Shown: positions 36,384-46,428 of the stretch, in pieces
Layout of the letters: each line of letters begins with the position of its first letter
Numbering within the stretch: position 1 is the stretch's first letter
IMG/VR virus record: IMGVR_UViG_3300037483_001670
Location: 32,001 to 96,000 of that record
Source: a virus
Direction: 5' to 3' (one strand)
Length of the DNA: 64,000 nucleotides
Notes under the pieces: generated by a model
What the model saw: the letters and a program-made list of their open reading frames with translations, nothing else
What the model was told of the DNA's origin: nothing
Database searches by the model: none
Made by a program: the position numbers and the translations under genes

Positions 36384-38100
36384 TCAACGCGTCGGTCTGC
36401 CCGAGCGCCTCTTCGAGAACCGCGGCCTCGTCGACCGCGAGCGGGTCGTCGAGCGTGTGAGCGATGAGGATTTCCTTGTCGGCGCTGAGGCCGGCGATGT
36501 ACTCGTCGACCGTGCCGGCGGCGTCGAGAAACGTCGCCATGACCGGCCTGCGCTGTCCGATGCGGTGGCAGCGCGCGATGGCCTGCCGCATCATGGTCGG
36601 CTCCCAGAGCCGCTCGGTGAAAAGGAGATCCGATGCGCGTTCTTGCAAGTTGAGCCCGACGCCGGCGCATTTGATCGGCGCGATGAACACGTCCGTGTAC
36701 CCGGCGTTGAACATGTCGACCGCGCGCTGGCGCTTCACGGCCGGGTCGGCGCTCCCCACGATGGAGACGCGCCCTTGCCGGAGGCGCATGCACTCGTTGT
36801 AGATGGCGATCAGGATGTCCTTGTGGAACCCAAACACCACCAGCGGCTCGACGGTCTCCCGATCGAACCACTGCTCGAGGTACTCTGGAATCGCGCGCCG
36901 CATCTTGCCCTGGGCCGCCAGGTGCCGGAGCGTTGTCAGCTTCACGATGGCCTGCGCGCGCGACGCCGCCCGGGCCCGGACGTCCCCGAACTGTTGCGAC
37001 CGCATCCAGGCGATGATGTCTCCCTCGGCTTGCTTGTAGGCCCGCATGTCCCACTCGTCGATCTCGACCAAGATCTGACGCGCGGACTGCGGCGGCAAAT
37101 CCTGCGCGACCTCGTGCTTGCGGCGGCGGAGGAGAATCGGTTCGACGCGCGTCTTCAGCTCTTCGAGGTGCTCGACGCGGCCGGCGCTGTTGATGACGCT
37201 CGTTTGCTCGTCGGCCAGGTGGTCGTCGTCCGGCGGCGCCCGGCAGTAGCGTTGGTCGAACTCTTCGAAGCTCCGCCACTCGCTCGGGTCCGCGTTGTGC
37301 AGTAGGCGCCAGAGGTCCCGGAGCTTGTTGTAGACCGGCGTACCGGTGAGCTCGACGGTGCGGCCGATCCAGCTCGAGAGCCGGGTCGCCGCCGCGGCGC
37401 GGTGCTTCGTCGACGGCTTCGGGTGCTTGTAGTCCTGCGCCTCGTCGAGCACGAAGCAGCGCGCGTGGAGGTTGCCGAGCTGCTCCTCGCGCGCCGTCAG
37501 GAGGTCCCGGTTCAGGATGATGACGTCGGCGCCGCGGATCTCGCCCCGTTTGGTGTTGAGGATCTCGATGGTCGGCGGGTTGACCGTCCAGCTGAACTCG
37601 CGCGCCCAGTTGATCTTGACACCGGTCGGACAAACAACGACCGCGGGGTACATGTTCGTGGCGACGATGGCCGCGATTGCCTGGGCGCTCTTGCCGAGGC
37701 CCATGTCGTCGCCGAGAATGGCGCCCTTCGCAGCGGCCAATTGGGAGGCGATCCAGGCGGCGCCCTCGACCTGATAGCGGTAAAGCGGCCGGCGCATCAC
37801 CTGCGCGACTCGCTTTTTCCACTCGGGGTCAACGACCCGGATGTCGTAGGGCGGGGGAACGGCCTGCACGGCCACCTTGCCGAGCTCGGTCACGCGGCCG
37901 TGTTTGCCGATTGGCGTGACGCGCACCGCTTCCGCGATGAGCGTCACCTCAGTCCCGAGCTTCGGAGGTTCGCGCGTCGTGTACCAATACATCTCCGGGC
38001 CGGGGCCGACGGTGACCGCAAAACTGCCGTCGATCCGCGGTCGGACTGCCACGACGATGCCGCTGGCGTGCACCTCGGCGGCGGAGCCGCCCGCCGTCAT
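36358..38100 (-). CDS. SNF2-family helicase/ATPase (HARP-like)
   Basis: LYRYQVEG; ILGDDMGLGKS; VLDEAQ; LTGTP.YN; LRRRK..V; VVF..H; GVGLNLQ; QAIARCHRIGQ. Confidence 0.92.
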   Translation of the reverse strand: MTAGGSAAEVHASGIVVAVRPRIDGSFAVTVGPGPEMYWYTTREPPKLGTEVTLIAEAVRVTPIGKHGRVTELGKVAVQAVPPPYDIRVVDPEWKKRVAQVMRRPLYRYQVEGAAWIASQLAAAKGAILGDDMGLGKSAQAIAAIVATNMYPAVVVCPTGVKINWAREFSWTVNPPTIEILNTKRGEIRGADVIILNRDLLTAREEQLGNLHARCFVLDEAQDYKHPKPSTKHRAAAATRLSSWIGRTVELTGTPVYNKLRDLWRLLHNADPSEWRSFEEFDQRYCRAPPDDDHLADEQTSVINSAGRVEHLEELKTRVEPILLRRRKHEVAQDLPPQSARQILVEIDEWDMRAYKQAEGDIIAWMRSQQFGDVRARAASRAQAIVKLTTLRHLAAQGKMRRAIPEYLEQWFDRETVEPLVVFGFHKDILIAIYNECMRLRQGRVSIVGSADPAVKRQRAVDMFNAGYTDVFIAPIKCAGVGLNLQERASDLLFTERLWEPTMMRQAIARCHRIGQRRPVMATFLDAAGTVDEYIAGLSADKEILIAHTLDDPLAVDEAAVLEEALGQTDALIDSYARAG

Positions 38101-38399
38101 TGCAGCTTCGAGCGGGCCTTCGGCCGCTTCGTCGACCTCTTCGAGTGACCATTGGTGACCCGACGCCGGGGGCGAAGCTCGTTCTGCACTTCCAGGATCT
38201 GCGGAAGGAGGCCGGGTTTGACCCGTTCGAACTCGAAAAGCATCAGCACCTTCAGGTCACGGCCGAGCTCAAGATTTCGGATCGTGGAGACGCAGCATCC
38301 CATCTTGCTTGCGAGCTCATCGCGGGTGAGCGACTCCGGGTCGCTCTTGCGCCAACGTTTGATGATGTCGCCGATCTGGACGTTCGCAGCAGTTGCCAT
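38097..38399 (-). CDS. XRE-family HTH regulator
   Basis: IGDIIKRWRK..LTRDELASKMGCCVSTIRNLELG. Confidence 0.85.
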   Translation of the reverse strand: MATAANVQIGDIIKRWRKSDPESLTRDELASKMGCCVSTIRNLELGRDLKVLMLFEFERVKPGLLPQILEVQNELRPRRRVTNGHSKRSTKRPKARSKLQ

Positions 38400-38438
38400 G
38401 AGTTGAAACCCTATGTTCTCTCGATCCGAAATGCACTC

Positions 38439-38489
38439 GTACGATCGTACTAGTACGTTCTTGACACTCCAGATTGTAGCATTTACGGT
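38439..38489. promoter_or_regulatory. divergent switch region with operator (site 6) and plus-strand promoter
   Basis: GTACGATCGTAC-TAGTACGTTC (38439-38460) abuts TTGACA (38461) N17 TACGGT (38484). Confidence 0.75.
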
Positions 38490-38512
38490 GGCTGCTCACT
38501 TCGGGAGGCGAA

Positions 38513-39619
38513 ATGGTCGAGGCGCAGAGTACAGAACTAGCACGAACCGGAGCGTCCACACTGGCGCCCGGGGTCCGGCTGCCGGTAGCGTTGGTCGAGC
38601 GCGAGAAGGCGGGCCGCCTCTACCCGACAGAGATCGAGTGGTCGGCCATTTTGCAAGCCGCCTCCTCAATGTGGAAGAGCGGCATCGCGAAGGCGATGAA
38701 TTTCGAGACCGAGACCGCCATCGTGACGGTGGCCCTGAAAGGGTGGGAGCTCGGAGTCCCGCTCATGGCTTCGCTCGAGGGTATGCCGGTCATCAAAGGC
38801 AAGCCGAAGCCGACCGGAGGGTTTCTCGAATTTTTGGGCGCGCGCATCGGTGGCCGGGTCGAGTGGATCAAGGACGGTCGTGACGGTACCGCGGAGGTGA
38901 TTGCGCACCGGCCGGGCAAGAAGCCGGTGCGCGGCATCTTCACCATGGAGGACGCGAAGCGCGCCGGCCTCATGGTCAAGGACACGTACCAGCAGTACCC
39001 GTCCGACATGCTTTGTAAGCGGGCGCTCTCGCGGGCGACGTGGAAGCAGTACAGCGATCTCTATTTCGGTCACGTGCCGAGCGTCAACGAGGTCGCTGAC
39101 GACGATTACGTCGACGAGGACGCTGAGACGGTTGCGACTGACGGCGGGGTCGAGACGGCGCCCAATGGAAGCGCGGAGCCGGCAGCCGGTGGCAAGACCC
39201 GGCGGACCAAGACGACCCCGGCAACGACGACTACGGCCGCGCCGGCCGGCGGTTCGGTGGCACCGGCGGCTGCGCCGGTCAATGGGCAGCCTGCGAGCCC
39301 GGCGCCGGCTGCCCAGCCAGCTAGCGCCGCCGCTGCCGCACCGGCTGCGTCGGAGCCAGCGCAGGCGCCGGCCGCGACCGGAGCGGCCCCAGTGCCGGCA
39401 GGGGCACCCCCGGACATGGTGCTTCACTTTTCCAAGGGCGACTATGCCGGCAAAAAGTTGTCCGATCTGACCGAACCCGACTTCCGCAAGATCATTCCCG
39501 GCACGCGGAGCGCCTTGGCGAACCCGAACCTGCCGCCGGATCGCAAGCAGATTCACGTCGACTGGCTTCCGCGCTTCGAGGCATGGGCCGCGTTTCGCGG
39601 CATCCTGATCCCGGCTTGA
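38513..39619 (+). CDS. RecT/Red-beta-like ssDNA annealing protein with Ala/Pro-rich linker
   Basis: KGWELGVP.MASLEG..VIKGKP; FTMEDAKRAGL..YQQYPSDML.KRALSR. Confidence 0.8.
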   Translation: MVEAQSTELARTGASTLAPGVRLPVALVEREKAGRLYPTEIEWSAILQAASSMWKSGIAKAMNFETETAIVTVALKGWELGVPLMASLEGMPVIKGKPKPTGGFLEFLGARIGGRVEWIKDGRDGTAEVIAHRPGKKPVRGIFTMEDAKRAGLMVKDTYQQYPSDMLCKRALSRATWKQYSDLYFGHVPSVNEVADDDYVDEDAETVATDGGVETAPNGSAEPAAGGKTRRTKTTPATTTTAAPAGGSVAPAAAPVNGQPASPAPAAQPASAAAAAPAASEPAQAPAATGAAPVPAGAPPDMVLHFSKGDYAGKKLSDLTEPDFRKIIPGTRSALANPNLPPDRKQIHVDWLPRFEAWAAFRGILIPA

Positions 39620-39811
39620 GCGTGGCATCGCCCAGACGATCGAAGACGACTCGTGTTCGCCGGCCGCGCGCCCGGCCTCTCGCTTGGATGTTCGACCAGC
39701 GCGCAGACGGGTCACTTCACGTCGAGATCGACATAACCAAGAAACGCGCAAGCACCTGCTCGCTCTCATTCGTGAAATCGACCTGCGCCTCAAAAGGAAA
39801 TCAGTCCGACC

Positions 39812-40144
39812 ATGAAGCTCATCCCGCTCTACCAGAAAGTCATCGTGCGACCCCTCGTCGAACCGGACCGCACGAAAGGCGGCATCATCGTGCCCGAGAC
39901 GGCAAGGAAGACCGAGCGGGCGTACACCGCGAAGGTGGTCGCCGTCGGCCCCGGCCGCATCCTCCAAGACGGCCAGCTCTTGCCCTGCACCGTCAAGGTT
40001 GGCGACACCGTCATTTGCCCGCACTACGTCTACCGGGACAACAACGGCACCGAGCAGACGAGCGACATCGAGATCAAGGGACCCGAGGGGGAAATGCTCC
40101 GCGTCGTGCTCGAGCCCGACCTGCACGCGATCGTGGAGGAGTAG
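39812..40144 (+). CDS. groES: co-chaperonin GroES
   Basis: MKLIPLYQKVIVRP..TKGGIIVP..VVAVGPGR..VKVGD.V. Confidence 0.92.
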   Translation: MKLIPLYQKVIVRPLVEPDRTKGGIIVPETARKTERAYTAKVVAVGPGRILQDGQLLPCTVKVGDTVICPHYVYRDNNGTEQTSDIEIKGPEGEMLRVVLEPDLHAIVEE

Positions 40145-41149
40145 ATGAAACAGTACTTAGACGCCGTGCGTGAGGTGCTCCAGCAGGGGACCCGCAAAGA
40201 GAATCGCACAGGGGTCGACACCCTCTCCACGTTCAATATCACCTACGAGATCGATCTGCGCGACGGGTTCCCGCTGCTGACCACGAAGCAGATCTCGTGG
40301 AAGAATATCGTCGTCGAGAACCTCTGGTTTCTGTCGGGCGATCCGCAAATTGGCCTCCTGCGCAAACACGGCTGCAAGTTCTGGGACGCTTGGGCGAACG
40401 AGGACGGTAGCGTGCCGAGCGCGTACGGCAACTTCTGGCGGCGCTTTCCGGTGCCGGGTCCGAGCATTCCGATACGCACTATGTCAACGATCCCCGAAGA
40501 GACAACCGGTGAGGCTAGCGTCGTCGAGTACAACGATCAACTCGCGTGGGTGCTAGCCGAGCTGAAGCGCAACCCGATGAGTCGGCGCCTAGTCGTGTCG
40601 GCGTGGGCTCCCGGCAACGCGCAGACGTCGAAACTGCCACCGTGCCACCTCCTCTTCACGTTCAACGTGCAGAGCATGCGCAAGGGTCCAAACCGCGACC
40701 TCTTGCTCACGCCCGAGCAGGAACGAAACCTGACGCCCGAAGAGCGCGCCTTCAACTTCGAGCAGGTGCTTTGCCTGCACCTCACGCAGCGCAGCTGCGA
40801 CATTGCGATCGGCGTGCCGTACAACATCGCCGGCTACGCATTTCTCCTCGAGCTGTTCGCCCGGTTCAGCGGCATTCGCGCCGGCATCTTCGCTCACACG
40901 CTCATCGACGCTCATGCGTACACGTCGAAACCGGACGGCTCGATGACCGAGTACGACCACGTTCCTGGTCTCGAGCTCCAGCTGACGCGCGCGCCGCGCC
41001 GGCTGCCGCGTCTTGTGATCGACGATGGCATTCGCGATCTCGCCGACATTCGCCCGCTGCTCGAGGCACCGACCGATGATCTCCTGAAGCACTTCGCGCT
41101 CGAAGGCTACGATCCGCACCCGGCCATCTCCTTCAAAGTAGCGGTATGA
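40145..41149 (+). CDS. thyA: thymidylate synthase
   Basis: NRTGVDT; GFPLLTTK; FWDAWA; SRRLVVSAW; LPPCH; QRSCD..GVPYNIA; DAHAY. Confidence 0.96.
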   Translation: MKQYLDAVREVLQQGTRKENRTGVDTLSTFNITYEIDLRDGFPLLTTKQISWKNIVVENLWFLSGDPQIGLLRKHGCKFWDAWANEDGSVPSAYGNFWRRFPVPGPSIPIRTMSTIPEETTGEASVVEYNDQLAWVLAELKRNPMSRRLVVSAWAPGNAQTSKLPPCHLLFTFNVQSMRKGPNRDLLLTPEQERNLTPEERAFNFEQVLCLHLTQRSCDIAIGVPYNIAGYAFLLELFARFSGIRAGIFAHTLIDAHAYTSKPDGSMTEYDHVPGLELQLTRAPRRLPRLVIDDGIRDLADIRPLLEAPTDDLLKHFALEGYDPHPAISFKVAV

Positions 41150-41787
41150 TTTTCCCGATCACGCGCGCCGAGTGGGAGATGAAATTGGTGCAGCGCGCCG
41201 GCGGCACGTATTCGAATCACGCGCTCGTGGCGTCGTCCGATTTGATGATCTCGAAGCGGGACGGCGAGTTCATGGACTCGGTACGCCGTTGGGACGTTCG
41301 TCGGGCCGGGTCGTCGGCTTACAGTTTCGAGGCCGTGTGTCTGGCCCGTGGACGTCTTCTCGTGCACGGTGACATCGCGGCCGTGATCTTCGCTCCGAGC
41401 GAAAGCATGTCGCCGATCGACCTGGTTCGGTTCGTCGCAAAGACCGCTGAGCTCGACTACATCCGCAGCAAGGTCATCACGACCAACACGTACGGATGGG
41501 TGGCCGACGTTGCCATCCGCGATCTCGAAGAGCACATGGAGCAAACCCAGTGCGCGCTCTCCCGCGCTAGCCAGGCGAGGTACGATGGTTTTTGCGCGAT
41601 CGTCGACAACCTTCGCAGGGAGGAGTTGACCAACGAGATCGACTTTCGGAAACGTCTGTTTGAATGCACCGACGACTACGAGCTCACCTGCGGGCAGGTC
41701 GTGCATCCCGACGTCATCTGGGCACAGCAGGCCGTCGCTTGCCTCTACCGTTTGATCGGCGGCACCGCTAAGGACGTCCAGTCTTGA
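41146..41787 (+). CDS. hypothetical protein
   Basis: 213 aa; LLVHGDI..DYIRSKV; coupled to thyA. Confidence 0.6.
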   Translation: MIFPITRAEWEMKLVQRAGGTYSNHALVASSDLMISKRDGEFMDSVRRWDVRRAGSSAYSFEAVCLARGRLLVHGDIAAVIFAPSESMSPIDLVRFVAKTAELDYIRSKVITTNTYGWVADVAIRDLEEHMEQTQCALSRASQARYDGFCAIVDNLRREELTNEIDFRKRLFECTDDYELTCGQVVHPDVIWAQQAVACLYRLIGGTAKDVQS

Positions 41788-42239
41788 GCCAATACACGCG
41801 CACGTTTCAGGTGATGGCCTACCGGGAGCTCGTTCCCGGCGCGGATCGCTTTTCCGTCAACACCACGTCGCCGGTGTCGCGACGGGTGGTGCCGAAAAGG
41901 CCCACCTTCGTGGCCGGCGCCACGGCGCGCGTCGCGGCCGAGCCCGCAGCAACGCGCTTCGGCGTCCACGTCTCCGATCTCGAGCTGAAACCGATCGATG
42001 TGCCGCCGGGCTGGACCCCGCCCGAGGGCGGTGAGCTCTTGACCGAAATCCCGATCGGCGCGACGGCGGACGCCGGCGAGCTCAGCGAGGCCGATATGGA
42101 GCGAATCCGCGAAGAGGCCTACAAGAAGCTGCAACCCAAGGAGACGGCAGAGGAGAGCGTCCCGTCCGATCCGAGCGAGGTACCTGGCTTTATCACTCGA
42201 CGAACAGCGAACGGCGCTCCAAAGGGCAAGAAACGATGA
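41784..42239 (+). CDS. hypothetical protein
   Basis: 151 aa, coupled. Confidence 0.5.
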   Translation: MSQYTRTFQVMAYRELVPGADRFSVNTTSPVSRRVVPKRPTFVAGATARVAAEPAATRFGVHVSDLELKPIDVPPGWTPPEGGELLTEIPIGATADAGELSEADMERIREEAYKKLQPKETAEESVPSDPSEVPGFITRRTANGAPKGKKR

Positions 42240-42484
42240 TTGCGTACCATCCCGATCCCGACATCAACGCGGGCGTGGCTGCGGACGTGCTCGCCGCCGA
42301 GCTCGTCGACCTCCGCACCGGCTACCCGCCGCGTCGCTGGGCGTGCCCGTGCGGCGCGAGCCACTCGAGGGGCCATTTCCAGGCCATCGGGCAGCACCGC
42401 TGCCTTCACTGCGGCTACGTCGGCGAGGGCGGCGTCATGTGGGACTCCGAGAGCGAAGCCGCTCCGACGGGGAGCGCCGCATGA
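42236..42484 (+). CDS. small Zn-finger protein
   Basis: CPCG..H ... HRCLHCG. Confidence 0.5.
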   Translation: MIAYHPDPDINAGVAADVLAAELVDLRTGYPPRRWACPCGASHSRGHFQAIGQHRCLHCGYVGEGGVMWDSESEAAPTGSAA

Positions 42485-43119
42485 ACATCGCCATTCTCTA
42501 CGGTCACCTCGGTGCCGATCCGGAGCTGCGCTACACGCAGGCCGGTCAAGCCGTGCTCAACATGCGCCTCGCGACGTCCGAGAAGTTCAAGTCCCGCAAC
42601 AGCGACCAGCGGGAGGAGCGCACCGACTGGCACAACATCGTCGTCTGGGGCAAACGCGCCGAAGGGCTCGCCAAGCATCTCAGCAAGGGCTCGGCGATCA
42701 TTGTGCGTGGCGCGATCCGGACCTCGAGCTACGAGGACAAGGAAGGCGTCAAGAAGTACAAAACGGACATCGTCGTTACCAGGCCCGGCGATGACATTCA
42801 GTTCGCCGGCAAGCGGCAGGGCGGCGGGGGCGGCGACCGAGACGACGATCGGCGCAGCAACAACAGCGGGGGGAACCGCAGCGGTGGCAACAGCGGCTCG
42901 GGAGGTGGCGGGGACAGGCGGCAGCAGGCGAAAGACAGCCCACCTTCCGACTACGACCCTGAAGCCGACCTGGGAGGTGGAGACGACGACGATATCCCTT
43001 TTGACCTTCCCCATGATGCGGTAGCCTCCGCGTCATGGGGAAAGACAAGAGGCCGAGAAAGCGGTGCTTCAAATGTGGCAAACGTCGGCTGCTCAAGTAT
43101 TTCTACAAGCATCCAATGA
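42481..43119 (+). CDS. ssb: single-stranded DNA-binding protein
   Basis: GHLGADPELRYT; TDWHNIVVWGKRAE; KGS.I.V.G.IRT; Gly-rich linker; DDDDIPF tail without an immediate stop. Confidence 0.93.
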   Translation: MNIAILYGHLGADPELRYTQAGQAVLNMRLATSEKFKSRNSDQREERTDWHNIVVWGKRAEGLAKHLSKGSAIIVRGAIRTSSYEDKEGVKKYKTDIVVTRPGDDIQFAGKRQGGGGGDRDDDRRSNNSGGNRSGGNSGSGGGGDRRQQAKDSPPSDYDPEADLGGGDDDDIPFDLPHDAVASASWGKTRGRESGASNVANVGCSSISTSIQ

Positions 43120-43478
43120 TGGCCGATCGCCATCTCAACAAGTGCGTCGACTGTGCCAAGCGCGACGTAAGACAGAACTACCGTGACAAGATCGAAGAGA
43201 AGCACGCCTACGACAAGAAACGTTCGCGACGTCCGGAGCGTCGAGCGTACGCGCGCGAGGCGCTCCGGCGACATCGACAGCGCAATCCGCTCAAATACAA
43301 GGCACGCAACGCGGTCAACAACGCTCTTCGCGACGGACGATTGCGCCGGCAGGGTTGCGAAATCAAAGGCTGTGGCAAGCGGGCACAGGCGCGTCACGAG
43401 GATTACCATCGACCCCTCGATGTCAGGTGGCGCTGCTTTCAGCATCACCGCGAACTGCACGGACAGGAGCCGTCGTGA
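43035..43478 (+). CDS. phage HNH-like endonuclease
   Basis: CFKC..FYKH..HLNKCVDC; KARNAVNNALRDGRL; C..C; HEDYHRPLDVRWRC..HH..LH. Confidence 0.75.
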   Translation: MGKDKRPRKRCFKCGKRRLLKYFYKHPMMADRHLNKCVDCAKRDVRQNYRDKIEEKHAYDKKRSRRPERRAYAREALRRHRQRNPLKYKARNAVNNALRDGRLRRQGCEIKGCGKRAQARHEDYHRPLDVRWRCFQHHRELHGQEPS

Positions 43479-45499
43479 GGCTGGTTAGCGTAACCATTGA
43501 CGGCATGCGCGGCATCGCGCACGAACGCATCGCGCTCGGGCCGGTGACGCTCTTCACGGGGTACAACGGCACGGGCAAGACCGCAGCTGTCGGCGCCGTC
43601 GCGTACGCGCTCACGGGCCGCTTCCCTGGCCTCCTCGCGGTGCACCCGGGCGACCTCCTCGCGCTCGCCAACGACCCGCGGCGCGGCTTTCGCGTCCGAA
43701 TCGAGGCCGACGACGGAACCGAGGTCGAGCGCGGCGTGGACGTCACTTTCGAAGCCAGCACGGGCACCGACAAGCCCGAGCACCGGTTCCTCGTCGGCCG
43801 CCCGGGCGGCCATCCGGCCAAGAGCAAGGCCGCGGAAGGACTCCTCCGCACGCTGTTTGGCGACGTCGCGTGGTTCGTGGAGGCGTTCGACCCCGAGCGC
43901 TCGATCTGGCGGCTCTCCGGCGAGAAGCGCAAGGAGTGGGCGTTGAACCTGTGCGCGGGCTCGAGCGGTTGGTCGCGCGAGCGGCTTCTGGGCGAAATTG
44001 GGAAAAAGTCCGACGACTGGAATCCGGAGCTCGGGCGCGACGCGGGAACCTGCCTCGAGCTCAATTTGGACAATCTGTCCGAGCGGTTAAAAGATCTCCA
44101 GCGGCTCGTACGCGAAGCGAACACGGTCGCCGAGGGGGTTACGGTCGGGGAAGGTCTGGGGATAATTACGCAGCGCGTCACAAGCTGCGAGACCGACTAC
44201 GAAAACGCGCGTCAAAAGCTCCAGGTGCTCGGGAAGAGCCTCAGTGACGCCAAGGCCGAGCAGACCTCGATCGACCATGTCCGCAAGGAACGCGCCCGCC
44301 TCACGCAAGCGGCGGCCGACGCGCGCGCCGAGCTCGCGAAGCTCCTGCCGCCCAAGTCGCCCAACCAAACCGAGATGCTCATGCTGGTGATGCAGCTCGA
44401 GGCCGCCGAAATACGGCTCTTCAGCTTGCAGGTCGAGCTCGAGGACTACGACGCGGTGGCCGAGTCGGCTCGTGCCGCCCGCGGGGCCGCGGAGGCGGAG
44501 CTCGACTCGCTGAAGAAGCTCGCGACCGAGCACGCGTGTCCGACCTGCGGCGCGCCGGCCCCGAGTCCTCTGGCGCTCGGTGCGATGATCGGGGCAGCGG
44601 AAGCACGCGTCGCCGCGACTGAGCAGATCTGGGCACCCGCGGAAAAGAACCGCGTCGCCGCACAGGCGAGCTACGACGCGCTTGAGCAGGAAATCCAGGG
44701 CTTTCGGACGGCCAGGGCGGTCCATGAGCACGCGGCCGCTTCGTTCGTCGAGCGCGAGGTGCAATTCGCCTCCACGTGGCAAACCGTGCTGCGCAACGTT
44801 CAATCGATCGAGGACCAGCTCGGCAAACTGCCCGCCGACCGCGCGGACATGCCAAGTCTGGTCCTTCTCGCCACCGACGTGACCACGCAAGAGGACAAAC
44901 TCGGCCCTCTGAAAACGGCCCTCGCCAAGGCCCGCGCCGAGCTCGGGGTAGCCCAGGAACGCGCCGGCCAGCTCAAGTCGGCCGAGGACGCCACAGCGCG
45001 CATCGAAACCGTCAAGGCGCTCCTAGCAAAGCTCCGCACTGTGCGCGACCGCATGCTCGACGACGCCACCCGCCCGCTGTCCGACGCCCTCGATCAGCTC
45101 CGCGATCTCGCGCCGCAAAATGGCCGCTGGACCCTCCACCGCAAGGACAAAACCATCGACGTCTGTCTGGCCAGTAGCCGCAACCAGTACCTCATGGAGG
45201 TGCCGGTCACCGCCCTCTCGGCCGGCGAGCGGATGCGCGGCACGATCGCCCTTCTCGTTGCCCGATCAATGGTCAAGCGCGAGCCGTGCTGTCTCCTCTT
45301 CATCGACAATTTCGAGCAGATTCACCCCGATTCCGAGCGGGTCAAGGTGCTCCAAGCGCTGGCGCGAACCGTCCGCATGGGGTTCGTTGACAACGTGCTC
45401 GTGGCTGCCGCCTGCGACACCATCGACAGTCAGGAGATCGACGGCGTGGCGGTCTACGAGCGCACCCGCGACGAGCCGAGCGCGAGGACCGGAACGTGA
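43475..45499 (+). CDS. SbcC/Rad50-like ABC ATPase
   Basis: GYNGTGKT (Walker A); coiled coil; CPTCG Zn hook; LSAGE signature; LFID (Walker B); GTG at 43475. Confidence 0.85.
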   Translation: MRLVSVTIDGMRGIAHERIALGPVTLFTGYNGTGKTAAVGAVAYALTGRFPGLLAVHPGDLLALANDPRRGFRVRIEADDGTEVERGVDVTFEASTGTDKPEHRFLVGRPGGHPAKSKAAEGLLRTLFGDVAWFVEAFDPERSIWRLSGEKRKEWALNLCAGSSGWSRERLLGEIGKKSDDWNPELGRDAGTCLELNLDNLSERLKDLQRLVREANTVAEGVTVGEGLGIITQRVTSCETDYENARQKLQVLGKSLSDAKAEQTSIDHVRKERARLTQAAADARAELAKLLPPKSPNQTEMLMLVMQLEAAEIRLFSLQVELEDYDAVAESARAARGAAEAELDSLKKLATEHACPTCGAPAPSPLALGAMIGAAEARVAATEQIWAPAEKNRVAAQASYDALEQEIQGFRTARAVHEHAAASFVEREVQFASTWQTVLRNVQSIEDQLGKLPADRADMPSLVLLATDVTTQEDKLGPLKTALAKARAELGVAQERAGQLKSAEDATARIETVKALLAKLRTVRDRMLDDATRPLSDALDQLRDLAPQNGRWTLHRKDKTIDVCLASSRNQYLMEVPVTALSAGERMRGTIALLVARSMVKREPCCLLFIDNFEQIHPDSERVKVLQALARTVRMGFVDNVLVAAACDTIDSQEIDGVAVYERTRDEPSARTGT

Positions 45500-45530
45500 G
45501 CCGGGCCCTCATTTGTGGGACATTTCGGAC

Positions 45531-45794
45531 ATGACCACCGAACACACCTTCCCTCCCCTGTCGCACGACCCGCTGAACGACGCCGGCATTAAGCTCGCGC
45601 AGTCGATCGAGCAGGCCTGCACGAAGGACGGTATCCGGTTCGAGGGCATCTGGTGCAGCTGCTCCGACTGCCAGCACCGCATGGCCCTCGTGCGCTCGAG
45701 CGTGCCGACCGCTGCCAACGACTCGATCGAGACCCTTCAGCGCGTCTGCTTCATCTATTGGCGCACCTTCCGCCGCAAGGCCGCACTCGCGTGA
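45531..45794 (+). CDS. hypothetical protein
   Basis: ATG at 45531; CSCSDC. Confidence 0.45.
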   Translation: MTTEHTFPPLSHDPLNDAGIKLAQSIEQACTKDGIRFEGIWCSCSDCQHRMALVRSSVPTAANDSIETLQRVCFIYWRTFRRKAALA

Positions 45795-45798
45795 CCCC

Positions 45799-46428
45799 AT
45801 GCAATTCACTCTCCCTACTGGCGAGGTCGCGTTCGTTTGCAAGAGCGCCGAGACGGACCCCGCTCAAGGCCTTGTCGTCGAGGAGACCGATATGACGCAG
45901 CCGACGCCGTTGCACGAAAAGACCTGGCTCGAAGAAAACCCGGACCGAGCGCAGATCTTTGAGGCGCTCCGAAGTCAGCTGCGCAGGCTCGTCGATGCCA
46001 TGGACGTGGGACCGCGTGCCCTCACCCAAATCGAACAGACTGCACGCCTTGGGCGCGAGCTCCTCGCCGTCGGAAAAGACCCGAATAGCATCGGCGCGAT
46101 CATGATGGCCAGCCAGGGCTACAACACGATGCAGGGCGCTGAGACCATCGGCATCGGAGACGGTTACGCGGCTACCGCGACGAGCGCGCCGGCCGAGACG
46201 TTCGGCACGTCGCTGATTCGCGAGCTCGTGGGTGCCATCGGCACCATCATGGCGCCGCGCGACCCCTCTCCGCCCACCGCGTACCCGCCGATGCTCTCCG
46301 AGCTTGTGCTCGCGATCGACGTCGCTCGCGCGAAGGGAATGACCGAGCTGGTCGAAAAGCTCGAGGCGCAGCTCCTGGCGCGGGCAGCGCCAGAGGAAGA
46401 CGAACCGAAAGGAGAGGTAGCGGCATGA
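45799..46428 (+). CDS. hypothetical protein
   Basis: 209 aa, coupled to the next gene. Confidence 0.55.
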   Translation: MQFTLPTGEVAFVCKSAETDPAQGLVVEETDMTQPTPLHEKTWLEENPDRAQIFEALRSQLRRLVDAMDVGPRALTQIEQTARLGRELLAVGKDPNSIGAIMMASQGYNTMQGAETIGIGDGYAATATSAPAETFGTSLIRELVGAIGTIMAPRDPSPPTAYPPMLSELVLAIDVARAKGMTELVEKLEAQLLARAAPEEDEPKGEVAA

